In this document: in pieces, positions 27,994 to 43,192 of the stretch
How positions within the stretch are numbered: position 1 is the first letter of the stretch
Layout: every line of letters starts with the position of its first letter
Source of the DNA: Octopus vulgaris
Taxonomy: Eukaryota
DNA length: 64,000 bases
Assembly (NCBI GenBank): GCA_951406725.2
Contig: OX597824.1
Location: 90,396,001 to 90,460,000, forward strand
Reading direction: 5' to 3'
Made by a program: the position numbers and the translations under genes
The notes under the pieces: generated by a model
Told to the model about the DNA's origin: nothing
The model's input: the letters and a program-made list of their open reading frames with translations, nothing else
Database searches by the model: none

Positions 27994-28719
27994 CATACAT
28001 AAGCAGACACACACAAACACACATACACACACACATACTTACATACGTACATATATATATTTGCATACATACATTTGTAGATGCATACGTAACCGCATAC
28101 ATGCACGAAAACACAGATGTGTATGTATGTATGTATGTATGTATGTATGTATGTATGTATGTGTGTGTATGTGTGTAAGAGAGAGTGAGGTTATGCATGT
28201 GCGTAAACACAAACCTATATATATATATATATATATAAATACACACACATATATATATATATATATATATGTCCATACATACACACGTAGATATATACAT
28301 ACATACGTCATGCATACACGTACATATATGTATACCTACATACATACATACATACATACATACACACATACATATATATATACATACATACGTACCTACA
28401 TATGTAGTGAGCGCATGCGCCGAAGTATTTGTTATGTCTTAGTGAAGCGGAAAAAAGGCAAGAGATAAGTTTCAAGTTGGCTGGTTATGGCGGGGCAGAG
28501 CCCATTCAAGCAGACATTGGTAATTAGTGAGAGAGGAAGGCCAGTTCAATCTGCTTCTGCAAGATTACACTTGGCTGTCAGAATGTGCAATAATGTGCAG
28601 TACACTTGGCACCGTACTTTTCATTGGTCTACCGAGAGATGGATGTATGTGTATGCATGCGTATATGTATGTGTATATGTATGTAAGTACGTATGTATGT
28701 ATGTATGTATGTATGTATG

Positions 28720-28759
<40 letters not shown>

Positions 28760-29029
28760 TATACATATATATATATATACAGGTATATATATACATGTAT
28801 ATATATACGTATATATATATGTATATATGTATATATACATATATGTATATATGTATATATAGATGTATATATGTAGATACATACACACGTGTATATATAT
28901 ATACACATATATATCAAAATATAAGTATATACACAGACACACACATACATATATATATATATGTATATACTTATATAAATATTTATATATACTTATATAC
29001 AGATATATATCTATATATCTATCTATCTA

Positions 29030-29062
<33 letters not shown>

Positions 29063-29183
29063 TTACATATACATATACGTACACATACTTGCATCAATGT
29101 ACGTATACATGTTTGCATGTCTATCTATATATAAATGCGTGTGCGTATAAGTGTACGGGTATGTGTATGTATATACGCATCAT

Positions 29184-29215
<32 letters not shown>

Positions 29216-29227
29216 GTATATATATAT

Positions 29228-29308
<81 letters not shown>

Positions 29309-29675
29309 GGTTGATTTTATACGTACACACATGTTAATGTACGTATATATATCCATATTTCTACTCATTTTTACTTATATGCATTTAAGTTTGTAGATGT
29401 ACATGCTTGTATGTATGTGTGTATATATGCATGTATCTATGTATGTGTGTTTATGTATCTCTGTGTGAATGTGTGTGTGTCTGTGTGTGTTTATGTGGTG
29501 TCGAAATACATGCTTACAAATATTTTCGTGGTAGGGGCAATGAGCGTGCGATCAGTTGTGTTTTCTACACACGCATACACATACACACATACACGCGTGC
29601 ACAAATATTCTCACACACAGACGTTCAGACAAACACACAGAGGAACGCATCTGTTAGTGTACATATAGACATACA

Positions 29676-29707
<32 letters not shown>

Positions 29708-30058
29708 CACCGACAGGCGCTGGAACACACATATACACACATATATTTCAATTTCGTATATGCATATATCGTATATAAATATATTTATACGTGCACATGC
29801 GGTCTGTATGTTTATATATTAATGCATACGTAAACACTTACATGTATGTATAGTTTACGCATAAGCGCACGTGTACGTCGTACATACATGTATGTAGGCA
29901 TTGCACGAGCCAACGAAGATTCATGAAATACAAAAATAACAAGAAAAATAAAACGAAAGCCAACACCCCACTAAACAACAAATATATATATATACATCTC
30001 TGTGTGTATATACACACACATATATATACATGCATGTGCATGTATTCATGTATTTGTG

Positions 30059-30106
<48 letters not shown>

Positions 30107-30115
30107 TATACATAC

Positions 30116-30162
<47 letters not shown>

Positions 30163-30179
30163 CATATATATATATATAC

Positions 30180-30212
<33 letters not shown>

Positions 30213-30225
30213 CAAATATACACAC

Positions 30226-30256
<31 letters not shown>

Positions 30257-30344
30257 TATACATACACACACACACATATATATATATATATGTATATATA
30301 TGTAGATATATATTTACATTCATACATATATATATATACATGCA

Positions 30345-30407
<63 letters not shown>

Positions 30408-30635
30408 GGAAACGTATATATATATACACACATGAATGTGTAATTTTATCTTTATACATTGTGATTTTCTCAACAAACACGAAATAGATCGGTTGAGAAA
30501 ATCTTTCCTGCAGAATCCAATTTCTTTATCTTTAACCATTGTCTACATCTGCAATTGAACACAAAATTCTTTTATTCTTAGAATGATATTTTTCTCCAAG
30601 AGTAATTCTTAGCTTTTTTTTTTTTTCATTTTTTT

Positions 30636-30679
<44 letters not shown>

Positions 30680-30853
30680 TTTGTTTTTGTTTTGTTTTTG
30701 TTAGAAATGTAATAGTTAGGTCTAGCAACAGGAACAAGAAGAAGAACAACAACAGCAACGACAACAACAGCAGCAACAATAACAACAACAACAGCAACAA
30801 TAACAACAACCACGAAAATGGCAGATTATTTTCGAAAACGTATTAATAATAAC

Positions 30854-30921
<68 letters not shown>

Positions 30922-30992
30922 TAACAACACCACCACCACCACCAACAATAATAATAATAATAATAATGATGATGATGATGATGATAATAATG

Positions 30993-31039
<47 letters not shown>

Positions 31040-31289
31040 TATTATTATTATTATTATTATTATTAAAGAAATTATTATCCCTATGATTGCCATCACCACC
31101 ACCACCACCACCAGCATCTGCATCATCGTTATCATTTTTATTATTTATATTATTGTTGCTTTGTTTTATGTTCCACGTCTCATCCACAGATCTCAAGTAA
31201 CAGAAAACTGAACGTCTTACCATGGCTGTTATGTTATCATTGATACACTCGGCATCGATATATGGCAGGAGAAGGTGACGACATTCTGA

Positions 31290-31610
31290 GAACTAAGATT
31301 CATATTTTCAAGACGACAATGTCTTTCTTAGGATGTGATTGATACCCTTTGAGTACCCCAGATCCTTGGTATTTGGCCAAAGTGTTTCAGAGTGCCACTT
31401 GATGTTGACCCCAAAGCTCCGGTGAGCACAAGTCTAATTGTTGCTCTTGGTTGTCACACTTTTTAGACCCCACTTTCAAAGTCCCTTATATCTACTCTTC
31501 TAATGTTTTTAAAGAATTGTTGCTGGTCTGTTCGTCTGAATAACTCGATCTGTTTGAATTCTAAAGTCTCAAAGAACGGTTGAATCCATCGTGAAGATTG
31601 CACCGCCACC
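31290..31610 (-). mobile_element. Highly degraded R4/Dong-like fragment
   Basis: Minus-strand LVLTGALGSTS and HILRKTLSS* C-terminal motifs. Confidence 0.55.
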
Positions 31611-31619
31611 CTCTTTTGG

Positions 31620-31925
31620 CTGGGAAGTGTGTTAAAATGTGGGTGAATGCTGGAAGAAGAATGGCCAGTGTGAAAGGACCAATTCTGAGCGTGCACCTGT
31701 AAACAAAAGAAGGGATCTTGCCCTGTTGTTCAGGCACCCGTGGCTTTTGTGGGCTTTTCCACGAAGTCCTTAAAGCGCCCCACCCCATTGGGAGTTTTAA
31801 ATTGTTTAATTTTTAACTGTTATTTATATTGTTTACACATTGCAAAACCCTGCTTTTGCCTTTTATGTTGTATGTCTTTTATTGTAATTTTATGTGAGCC
31901 CTTGTGGCCAATAAAAGAATTATCA
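31620..31925 (+). mobile_element. Tx1-like LINE 3' end (ORF2 C-terminus and 3'UTR)
   Basis: Frame ending KMWVNAGRRMASVKGPILSVHL*, T-rich UTR ending GAGCCCTTGTGGCCAATAAAAGAAT similar to the 17387-17410 terminus, followed by an ATC/CTA tract. Confidence 0.65.
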
Positions 31926-31959
31926 TTAATATTATCATCATCATCATCATCATCATCAT

Positions 31960-32060
<101 letters not shown>

Positions 32061-32064
32061 TTAC

Positions 32065-32117
<53 letters not shown>

Positions 32118-32119
32118 GT

Positions 32120-33480
32120 ATTACTGTGCTTGTTAGCACTTGCTAATCTATTTAGCAGAGATTTTAGCTTGAGAATTGGTGACACCAAGTCTCCTCAGAT
32201 TTCAAGAATCTTCCTTCGAATTTTCGCACAATATAGAATGGTGCCTTTCTGCAATGTGAGTCTCAATACCAATTTGTTTCGGTCTTTTACGAAGCATTTT
32301 GGGTAACGTGTGCCAGATGCTCCTATTACCATTGGAATAATTGTTGTCTTGGCTTCCCACAGTTTCCCCAACTATATGGTTACCTCCTGATATTTCTCAA
32401 TATTTTAAAATTTGTTTGTATTGACTCAACTATTTTAGGTTATTGCAAAATCTATGATCTTATACTGTATATTCTTTTATTCTTTTACTTGTTTCAGTCA
32501 TTTGACTGCGGCCATGCTGGAGGACCTTGTCCTCTATAATCATATCTCGTCTTCTTGCTTCTACAGAATGGTCAGTCTTTATGATGATGTCCCACAAGAT
32601 CTTGCAATTCTTATTTTCTATTACAGCCTCTGGCTCATGTTCATATCAATTTTCTGCTTTGAAGCCACACACTTGGCTAACATCTCAATGCACTATTTTG
32701 CCTACACAGCCATATCCTCGCTTATACTCTTTTTGTGCTAGTATACTGCGCTCACTGAAAATGTAATTGATGCCTTCGTTTCCTTTCCGGCGGAATTTTG
32801 TCGTCCTTAACCTTTATCAGATACGCTCTAAGGGATTGCTTCTGAGCGGTTATAATTAGTGTTTCTGTCTCTCGTTTCATTTTCCCGTCTGTCAACCCAA
32901 GTCAACGATCTTTACTTCCAACGTTTTCGCTTTGTTGCATGACTTTCCCTTTGTAATTCCCCCCTCTTTTTACTTGTTCGTTCTGTTGTTCTTCCTTTCC
33001 TCTTTGAAATCTCTTGCTGTTTCATTCACTTTTTGAGCACCTCTGCCTGTCCCACAGTACTCTCTCTTCCCTCTGCGAAACACAGTTTTTCAAACCCTAT
33101 ATTGCAGTACTAACGGTGTGTTCTACGTCCAGTAACCCTCTGCCACCTTCGTTTCGTAGTAGGTAGAGCCTGTCAGTATTACTTTTAAGTTTGTGTGCGT
33201 TGTACATTGCGATCAGCTTCCTAGTTCTTCTGCCCAAGTTCTGTATTTCGAACTGTGACTATGTTAGAAAAGAGGAGAGAGCATCATAATACTGGCATAA
33301 CCCAGGTATTTATTGTTTTAATGATATTACCTCAATTTGATTATATTTCGAGTAATTTTCCAATTTTCCTCTGGTACTCCTTAAAGATTTTTCTCTCATT
33401 ACTCCTTGCATTATCCTATTGTCTTGCAGCACTCCTAAGCATTTGCATCCCTCGTTATTCTAATGCAACCTAACGAAGCT
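32120..33480 (-). mobile_element. Degenerate R4/Dong-like RLE retrotransposon with a small SINE-1 tail insertion
   Basis: Minus-strand KLWEAKTTIIPMVIGASGT...LQKGTILYCAKIRRKILEI*; 3' end abuts (TAA)n at ~32117; SINE-1 tail at ~32470-32522. Confidence 0.75.
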
Positions 33481-33732
33481 GTTTTTGTAATTTTATGCTA
33501 TCTTCCGCCTCTCTTCATAATTTGCACTGTGCACTTATTTTCCCTAAACATCTTTGATTAATATTCTTCCTGTCTGGATCAGAGAAACCATGTATTTTTC
33601 ATTCTTTGAATATAGTTTGAGGTCAATCATGTAAAGCGGGTGATTTATTCTCATCAGGGTACCACCAAAACCAGGCTTTTTTCCCAAACAATTCTACGGT
33701 GTATCACATGATGCTGAGATTGCAATATGAAG

Positions 33733-34460
33733 TCGCGCGACCTTGGTGGGGTCAGGATGTTGCACTCACAATCAGAAGATCGGAGTTTCGATTCCCGGAC
33801 AGTGCGATGTCTTGTATTCTTGAGCTAAACATTTGATTTCATTTTGCTCAGCAATCACATTTACATCTGAGATCTGGGTCCCTGTGCACTTGTAAAGGTA
33901 ACGTCGATTGATGGAGGAAGTGAGGGAGTGAACTTATGCACAGCGCAAATATTGGATCTTTTCGGTTTGAACGGCAGTTTTATCTAGCGGTGTCATATGA
34001 AATTGTCACCCATAATTATGACCCTAGTATCGATCTATTGCATTTCAATCTGTTTTAGGGTTAGGGTTAGTTAGGGTTAGGGTATCTTTTTTTCTTCAGA
34101 AATGTAAATAAACCCAATCTGTTTCTTAAACGAAGGGACATATTCATACGGCGCAGAATGTTTTCACCTCAAATAGACGTCATTGATTAGTTGAAATTGC
34201 AGAAATTGAAGGAAAAAACAACAAATATCTTACAAACTATAGAATTTTCTCAATTAAGCCAAGAAAAAAGATGTTTTATAAACACACTCTACCAGTATAC
34301 GAAGTTTAAAAGTGTTTAGTTACGTGGAAATTATTTTAAAAAAAACTGCCGTTCAAACCGAAAAGATCCCAAATATTTGATCACGAGAAACGAATCATCT
34401 GTTGCAGACTGTCCAGCAGGAAACCGAAGAACCATCACCTGTCGTTTATGAGAGGTGAAC
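33733..34460 (+). mobile_element. Old tRNA-type SINE split by the MITE
   Basis: B-box-like GTTTCGATTCCCGGAC and TTCTTGAGCTAAACA resemble the 54535 SINE head; sequence resumes after the TSD at 34378. Right boundary approximate. Confidence 0.6.
33954..34369. mobile_element. 416-bp MITE with 28-bp perfect TIRs and 8-bp TSD (possibly Merlin-like)
   Basis: TIR GGATCTTTTCGGTTTGAACGGCAGTTTT at both ends; TSD CAAATATT at 33946-33953 and 34370-34377; no ORF. Superfamily is inferred from GG termini plus the 8-bp TSD. Confidence 0.93.
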
Positions 34461-34851
34461 CAACAATGGATTGTCGTGGGTAAATCGATCAGGAATCAAA
34501 CAGATCAATACAAGCAAACCTTTGTGTGCATATTGGGAAAAGTCATCAACTCCGAATTTAACCAGAGTCATGGGCCAAGAATTATCAATGATAGTTTTCT
34601 TGATAGTGCCACCATTGTCACTCTTACGAAGCTACGTTTGTTCCTGTCCGTTTGCTAATAGTTTAGGAGGAACGTAACCAAATACCAAAAAACCATTTTG
34701 TCTGGCACTCAAACAATTCTGTCAAACCATTGTTCCTATGAAAATTTTGAATACAGATGACGATGACGATGAGGATAATATTAAAAATACTAAAAAACCC
34801 AACCACAACAATAATGAAACGATCACTAGAATATTATTATTATTATTATTA

Positions 34852-34933
<82 letters not shown>

Positions 34934-34944
34934 CAATAATAATA

Positions 34945-34978
<34 letters not shown>

Positions 34979-35007
34979 CGACGATGATGATGATGATGAT
35001 GATGATG

Positions 35008-35071
<64 letters not shown>

Positions 35072-35079
35072 TAATAATG

Positions 35080-35116
<37 letters not shown>

Positions 35117-35603
35117 TAATAATGATAATAATAATAATGATGATGATAATAATAATAATTTTATATTATTTCAGAGTAAATTTAGCTAATATTTCAGAGA
35201 ATTAAAGCCACTTTAATTACCAGCTCTATTCACAGACTGGAAAAGTTTTTAATGGCGACTGTGCTATTTCCGCTATGTAATTTCCGGTCTCTGACGCTGG
35301 CCATATAATACATGAAATTATTATCGTTTGGTCGCAGCTAAATAATCCACGTTCTCGTGATTTATTTTCTGTCTTAGAATTTTCAAATCTGTTTTTCATT
35401 TTAAATATGTTATTATTTAGTATTATGATTAATACTCACCCCCGCGCCTCCACACACACTCTCTCACACATATAACACATGTACATACGCATTCATACAC
35501 ACACACATACGCACACATACACACACACGCATATATATCTTTAAATGCACACAAAAACATCTACGTATTTATATGTATACAGAAATATATACTTTATCTT
35601 TCT

Positions 35604-35694
<91 letters not shown>

Positions 35695-35701
35695 GTATAT
35701 A

Positions 35702-35771
<70 letters not shown>

Positions 35772-35789
35772 TATATATACGTATATATA

Positions 35790-35846
<57 letters not shown>

Positions 35847-35963
35847 TATACGTATATATATGTATATATATATGTATATATATATATATATATATATGTA
35901 TATTTATCTCTCTCTATATATATATGTATATTTATCTATCTATATATATATACATATTTATAT

Positions 35964-35998
<35 letters not shown>

Positions 35999-36071
35999 CC
36001 TACCAACCTACCAACCTACCTACCTACCTACCTACCTACCTACCTACCTACCTACCTACCTACCTACCTAC

Positions 36072-36142
<71 letters not shown>

Positions 36143-36483
36143 GAAATGGAGAGAGAGAGAGAGAGAAAGGCGGGCTGAGGGAGGAAGAAGGAGAGAAACG
36201 AAAGGAAGAGAAAGTATTTGTCAATATAGAACTGAAATTTACACTTATAAACACACACACGCACGCACACATAGACACACACACATACATGCACACACAT
36301 GCCTACGAAAAACCACGTCGTCCTCTTGCCATCGTCCACATGCCGCCATTTTGTAATGTTCTCTTCACATTTATGTGAAAAGTGAAATATAAAATGGCTG
36401 ACTAGGAGTACAGAAAAAGTTTAGCGCCGATTTTTTGCTTTTTTAATTTGTTGACTCTTAATCACAACTCTTTCTGGTACAAA

Positions 36484-36520
<37 letters not shown>

Positions 36521-36662
36521 GTGTGAAAGAGAGTTGATATGCATGTATGTATGTTTGCGTGCATGTATATATGTATATGTGTGTGTGTATATGCATCCCT
36601 GTACGTACGTACGCACGTATGTATGTATGTAAGTATGTATATGTGTGTATGTGTATTATATG

Positions 36663-36920
36663 TGTATGTTTGTGTGTATGTATGCATATGTGTGTCTGTA
36701 TGTATGCCTGCACATACGTACGTGTGTGTATGTATGTATGTATGTAGGTGTGTATGTATGTATATATGTATGTTTGTGTGTATGTATGCATATGTGTGTC
36801 TGTATGTATGCCTGCACGTACGTGCGTGTGTGTATGTATGTATGTATGTAGGTGTGTATGTATGTATATATGTATGTTTGTGTGTATGTATGTAAATGCG
36901 TTTGTGTATGTATGCCTGTA
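36663..36920. repeat. ~104-bp tandem duplication (about 2.5 copies) of decayed TATG/TG microsatellite
   Basis: TGTATGTTTGTGTGTATGTATG recurs at 36663, 36767 and 36871 with shared GCCTG and GTAGGTG landmarks. Confidence 0.85.
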
Positions 36921-37000
36921 CGTACTTACTTACGTACTTACGTATGTATGTTTATGCGTGTGTGTATAAATGTCTGTCTGTATGTACGTATTTGTGTGTA

Positions 37001-37031
<31 letters not shown>

Positions 37032-37047
37032 ACGTACGTACGTATTT

Positions 37048-37270
37048 CTCGTTGAACCAGTCCACTCAGCTGGCAAAAATGAGTGGTACCTGTAATTCAT
37101 TGGGGTCCTGCTTTGTCACATTCTGCTTCACGCTAAATCTCTCTGAGATCTACATTAACGGGAAGTGCGTCCGTGGAATACTCAGCCACTTGAACGTTAA
37201 TTTCACCTATAGGCTGTTCCGTTGATCGGATCAGCAGGGACGCGCATCGTCGCAAGCGACGGAGTGCCAG
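37048..37270 (+). mobile_element. SINE family 3, 3' half
   Basis: CCAGTCCACTCAGCTGGCAAAAATGAGT...CTGTTCCGTTGATCGGATCA...GACGGAGTGCCA, as in the 19563 copy. Confidence 0.85.
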
Positions 37271-37720
37271 CTATATGTATGTTCTTTGTTTTTAATTACT
37301 TCACTTCTTCCTCTGAGGAAGGCTCTGGTTTCTGACAAAGACACAAATCTCCATCGTTGGAACGTAAAAAACAAAAGCAATGTCACATTTCAAACTTGAG
37401 AAAAGTCTTGCAGATTTTTACTGTTCCGCTTACAGATTGTATCTGCAATGTGCGAATCAGTTGGTTGATTTCTTTTTCTGAAAATCTTAACTTATCCAAA
37501 TTGTCACTTAGGCATTTACTCACAAAACCAAGTGCAACAATTATTATAAAAGCAAATTTGTATTCTGGCTATAGAAGAGCGCAGGATTACACAAACTGAC
37601 AGTTATCTAAAATTCCGTTGAACTCATAGTGTGAAACCGATTGCTTAGCTCGGCTGTAATATATATCTACTACTGTAAACTTCGATTAATATATTTGTGT
37701 GTGTGCCAGTGCGTGTGTGT

Positions 37721-37759
<39 letters not shown>

Positions 37760-37982
37760 ATCAGACTTTTATCTTTGCAATTATCAGTTACACCACACAC
37801 ATGCATTATCTATGTTTCCTCTCTAAAACTATATTAACAAATATTTCATAATAAACTTTACAATATCCCTAAGTACCAACTTGGCTTCGTCAACCACTTA
37901 TATGTCAAGAAGAAGATAAGCGGCGACATGCTATCAACTAAATTTGAACTCAATTGTTTATCTCCCTTGATTTCGATGTTTG

Positions 37983-38816
<834 letters not shown>

Positions 38817-39283
38817 GAGTGAGCGAGCAGAGCATGCCATCAAAGTGACACTGGGGTAAAATATACGAAGCCCAGTAGACCCATCATGACTACCCGTCTG
38901 ATAAGGCACATGCATCACACCAGGCACATGCATCACAACCATATGTGCGCAACATGGTGATCTCATATCAAGATAAACAGCGCATGACCTTGCGGGTGGA
39001 GCTCAGTTAGAATTTTCTTCAGGTCGAGTAACCCATCCCGCTCAAAAGGTCCCTGAATAAGGGTTGTTTAAGGACGTTGAACGAAACACCTATGTTTCCA
39101 GATGTGAATTATTCAAACCCCAAAGAATCCCTCTCAACACATGGCTATGATGCTCCCCCACTACTTCTGCTCGTGATCAGAGATGCACATATCGTCAGCC
39201 ACTAAAGGGGCATGCTCAACTGGTTAAGGTCAAACAACTGACAAGAAAATCTGTGGTATTGAGCAGAATATTTGCTGTAGCCC
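38817..39283 (-). mobile_element. Non-coding insert bounded by (TTA)n on both sides; probable retroelement 3' portion or non-autonomous retroposon
   Basis: About 467 bp of complex sequence with sharp edges inside a TTA tract and no convincing ORF; orientation inferred from the TAA strand. Confidence 0.6.
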
Positions 39284-39400
<117 letters not shown>

Positions 39401-39434
39401 CATCATCATCATCATCATCATCATCATATCATCA

Positions 39435-39481
<47 letters not shown>

Positions 39482-39482
39482 G

Positions 39483-39517
<35 letters not shown>

Positions 39518-39833
39518 GCTATATTTCATACCTGTGTGTCTAGGTATTATCTAATACCGGAGACACGCGCACATACATACATACATACATACATACATAC
39601 ATACATACATACATACATACATACATACATACACACACACATACACACATACGAGTGAGTGGACAAACGGAAAAAGGGCACTCAACTAATTTATTAGGAG
39701 TTACATGTACGACTCAAAACAACGAATTTGAATTAAACTGTATTGATCCATATATGTGTGTGTGCGCGTTGGTATATGTATATATATATAAATACATATA
39801 TAAATACATATACATATATATATATATATATAT

Positions 39834-40061
39834 TATTTCTTTATTGCCCACAAGGGGCTAAACATAGAGGGGACAAACAAGGACAGACAAAGGGATTAAG
39901 TCGATTACATCGACCCCAGTGCGTAACTAGTACTTATTTAATCGACCCCGAAAGGATGAAAAGCAGAGTCGACCTCGGCGGAATTTGAACTCAGAACGTA
40001 ACGGCTGACGAAATACGGCTACGCATTTCGCCCGGCGTGCTAACGTTTCTGCCAGCTCGCC
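39834..40061 (-). mobile_element. SINE family 2, full length, tail B
   Basis: Reverse complement reads GGCGAGCTGGCAGAAACGTTAGCACGCCGGGCG...TTTAGCCCCTTGTGGGCAATAAAGAAATA. Confidence 0.93.
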
Positions 40062-40131
40062 ATATGTATACACACACATGTTGGGTCCTCCCATACATAA
40101 TGCAGTTTTTTTATACTTCTTTTATTTTCCA

Positions 40132-40208
<77 letters not shown>

Positions 40209-40699
40209 GCACACACAGCGATAAAATCATACGTGCATGTCTCGAGTGATTCCTTGAGTGTAGAATTGGTCTCGTATTGTGGCAGCGGTAATGGTGGCTT
40301 TCGTTTTTGTTGTTATTGTTACTTCAGTTCCGCGTTAGCCTTGACAGAAAAGAGCTATGAAACAAAAGGCATTCCAACCGTGGCCATTCCATATTGCATT
40401 CATGCAATCATTTCCTAGATCCACCTTCCCCAACGTGAGCTTCTTTCCTTGAAGTTAGTATAATGCGATTTGCGAGAGATTAGGTCGTTATTTCGGGTGC
40501 ATCGAGCGCCTCCAATCAGAGATAATGCTCCCGCGCTGGACTTCGTGAAGGAGGTGCATATAAGGTAATGTAAGGTAACGCCTATTTATATCTGCCCGCC
40601 CACTTGCATATTCTGTTAAGATACTCTTCGCTCTCGTAATGAATTTGAAAAAGCTCCGCCCCCTTTATCCGCCCACAAATCTTGAAGGAAAAAACCGAA

Positions 40700-40855
40700 C
40701 TGGGTGTGTGATTTAGAAATTCGCTCTGCAACCACACGGTTTCAGGTTCAGTCCCACTGCGTGGCACCTGGGACGAGTCCTTTCTGAAATAACTTCGAAT
40801 CGACGAAACCTTGTGAGTTAATTTAACAGACGGAAACTGGTCGAAACCCCGTCCT
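40700..40855 (+). mobile_element. SINE family 1, 5' half (diverged)
   Basis: GGTTCAGTCCCACTGCGTGGCACCTGGG...GACGGAAACTG. Confidence 0.75.
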
Positions 40856-40982
40856 CGCTTCATCCTCTGTCTTGCCCCACCCTCCTCTCTGTAAACGAAT
40901 GAAAAACAAGTATATAGTGCGTGTGTTTATTTGGCAAGAAAAAATGACCGTTCCGAAATATAACAATATAATATTTTATACA

Positions 40983-41014
<32 letters not shown>

Positions 41015-41048
41015 TACAGATACATATAAATATATTAAATAAATAAAT

Positions 41049-41193
41049 AGGCGTGGTTGTGTGGTAAGTAGCTTGCTTACCAACCACATGGTTCCGGGTT
41101 CAGTCCCACTGCGTGCCACCTTGGGCAAGTATCTGCTACTATATCAAAGCCTTGTGAGTAGATTTGGTAGACGGAAACTGAAAGAAGCCCGTC

Positions 41194-41249
<56 letters not shown>

Positions 41250-41458
41250 TTGTGTCTGTGTTTGTCCCCCCTCCAACATGCTTGACAACTGATGGTGGTG
41301 TGTTCACGCCCCCGTAACTAAAGGGTTCGGCAAAAGAGAACCGATAGAATAAGTACTACGCTTACAAAGTATAAATCCTGGGATCAATTTGCTCAACATA
41401 AGACGTTGCTCCAGCATGGCCGCAGTCAAGTGACTGAAACAAGTAAAAGAGTAAGAGT
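41049..41458 (+). mobile_element. SINE family 1, full length
   Basis: Head GGCGTGGTTGTGTGGTAAG, internal (TA)n(TG)n, tail GACTGAAACAAGTAAAAGAGTAAGAG. Confidence 0.93.
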
Positions 41459-41812
41459 ATATATATATATATATACATACACATGCATATATATGCACAC
41501 ACATACATACATATACACACACATATACATATACACACACACACACTCACATACTCTCACCTACATACATATATATCAGTAATGGAAATGTGTTTTAGGC
41601 TCCTAGAGTATTCTAATGTCTGTATGGCCAAAATTGAGAAGAAATGGGCGGGGAAGTACTATCAGCCCCACCCACATGATTTGAAGAATGGGACCACTCT
41701 GCCCTCGTTATCACCGTTATATCATGAACAGATGTTTGGTATATGTATGTATGTATGTATGTATATGTTTAGAAGCGTTTATATATATATGTATGTATAT
41801 ATTATTTACCCG

Positions 41813-41861
<49 letters not shown>

Positions 41862-41884
41862 TAAATGTATATAATTATGCGTGT

Positions 41885-42100
41885 GTATTTTAGGTGCGTG
41901 TTTGCTTTCCCCCGCCCACTATCGCCTGAAACCCGATGTTGGTGTGTTTACGCCCCCGTAGATAGCGGTTAGGCAAAACCAACCGATATAATTAGTACTA
42001 GCCTTAGAAAGAATAAGTCCTGGAGCCGATTTGTTCGACTAAAAGGTGTTCCAGCATGGCCACAGTCAAATGACTGAAACCAGTAAAAGAATAAAAGAAT
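41885..42100 (+). mobile_element. SINE family 1, 3' half
   Basis: GATGTTGGTGTGTTTACGCCCCCGTA...CCAGCATGGCCACAGTCAAATGACTGAAAC. Confidence 0.8.
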
Positions 42101-42116
42101 ATATATATATATACAT

Positions 42117-42149
<33 letters not shown>

Positions 42150-42699
42150 GACACGCACACACACACATACACACATATATATAATATATATACATACACA
42201 CACACATTAGATACGTGAGTGTTTTTGTGCGTATACATATAAATAAGATCGTATGTATATTTATATATACATATGTGTGAACCATTGTGTATATGCGTTT
42301 GTCTATGCGGGTGCGTACCTTCGTTTAATGCAGTAGGCGTGACTTTCGCATGAGACCTATGTTAAAAAATATATATTTAGCCAATCAATAAGGGAGACCG
42401 GATGAGGAAGGCGTTACTATTTATTTAAATGAGTTGTGAGAGAGGCGGAAAAAAATAAGACCATCTCACACACTGCAGTTTAATAGGTTTTTTTTATAAA
42501 AAAAAAAAAAAAAAAACATGCACTCGTGCGTGTTCTGTTGTATGTATGTATGTGAGTGTGTGTGTGTGTGTGTGACTATAATTGTGTATACGTACACACG
42601 CAGACACACATTTATATACGTTCACACGCATATACGAATTCGGCATGCTCACGGTCATTTACTTGGATATATTAATAAATGTGATTATTTTTTTCTACG

Positions 42700-42878
42700 C
42701 TAGGTATAAGACCCGAAACTCTTTGTGGGGTGTGTGTGGAGGGTAGAGGGGGCAGTCGATTAGATCGCCCCCAGTGCGTAACTGGTACTTAATTTATCGA
42801 CCCTGCAAAGATGAAAGGCAAAGTCGACCTCGGCGGAATTTGAACTCAGAACGTAGCGGCAGACGAAATACTGCTAAG

Positions 42879-42923
<45 letters not shown>

Positions 42924-43157
42924 ACAAAATGGGACAAGAACGCGAAACATTCAGACAGTTAGGTGATGCAAAAAAGGGACATATATATATATATTATACA
43001 TATATGTATGTATATACGTCGGGATTCTACACAGTTTCTGTCTACCAAATCCACTGCAAGGTCTTTGATTGGTCTAAGGCTATAGCAGATGACACTTGCC
43101 TAATGTGCCACGTAGTGATGCATGTGTGCGTGTGTTACATTATATGTAATTGTAATT

Positions 43158-43192
<35 letters not shown>

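Noticed and set aside
34053-34082. True telomere or chromosome-fusion scar
   Set aside because: Only about four units, located inside a TIR-bounded element with a TSD.
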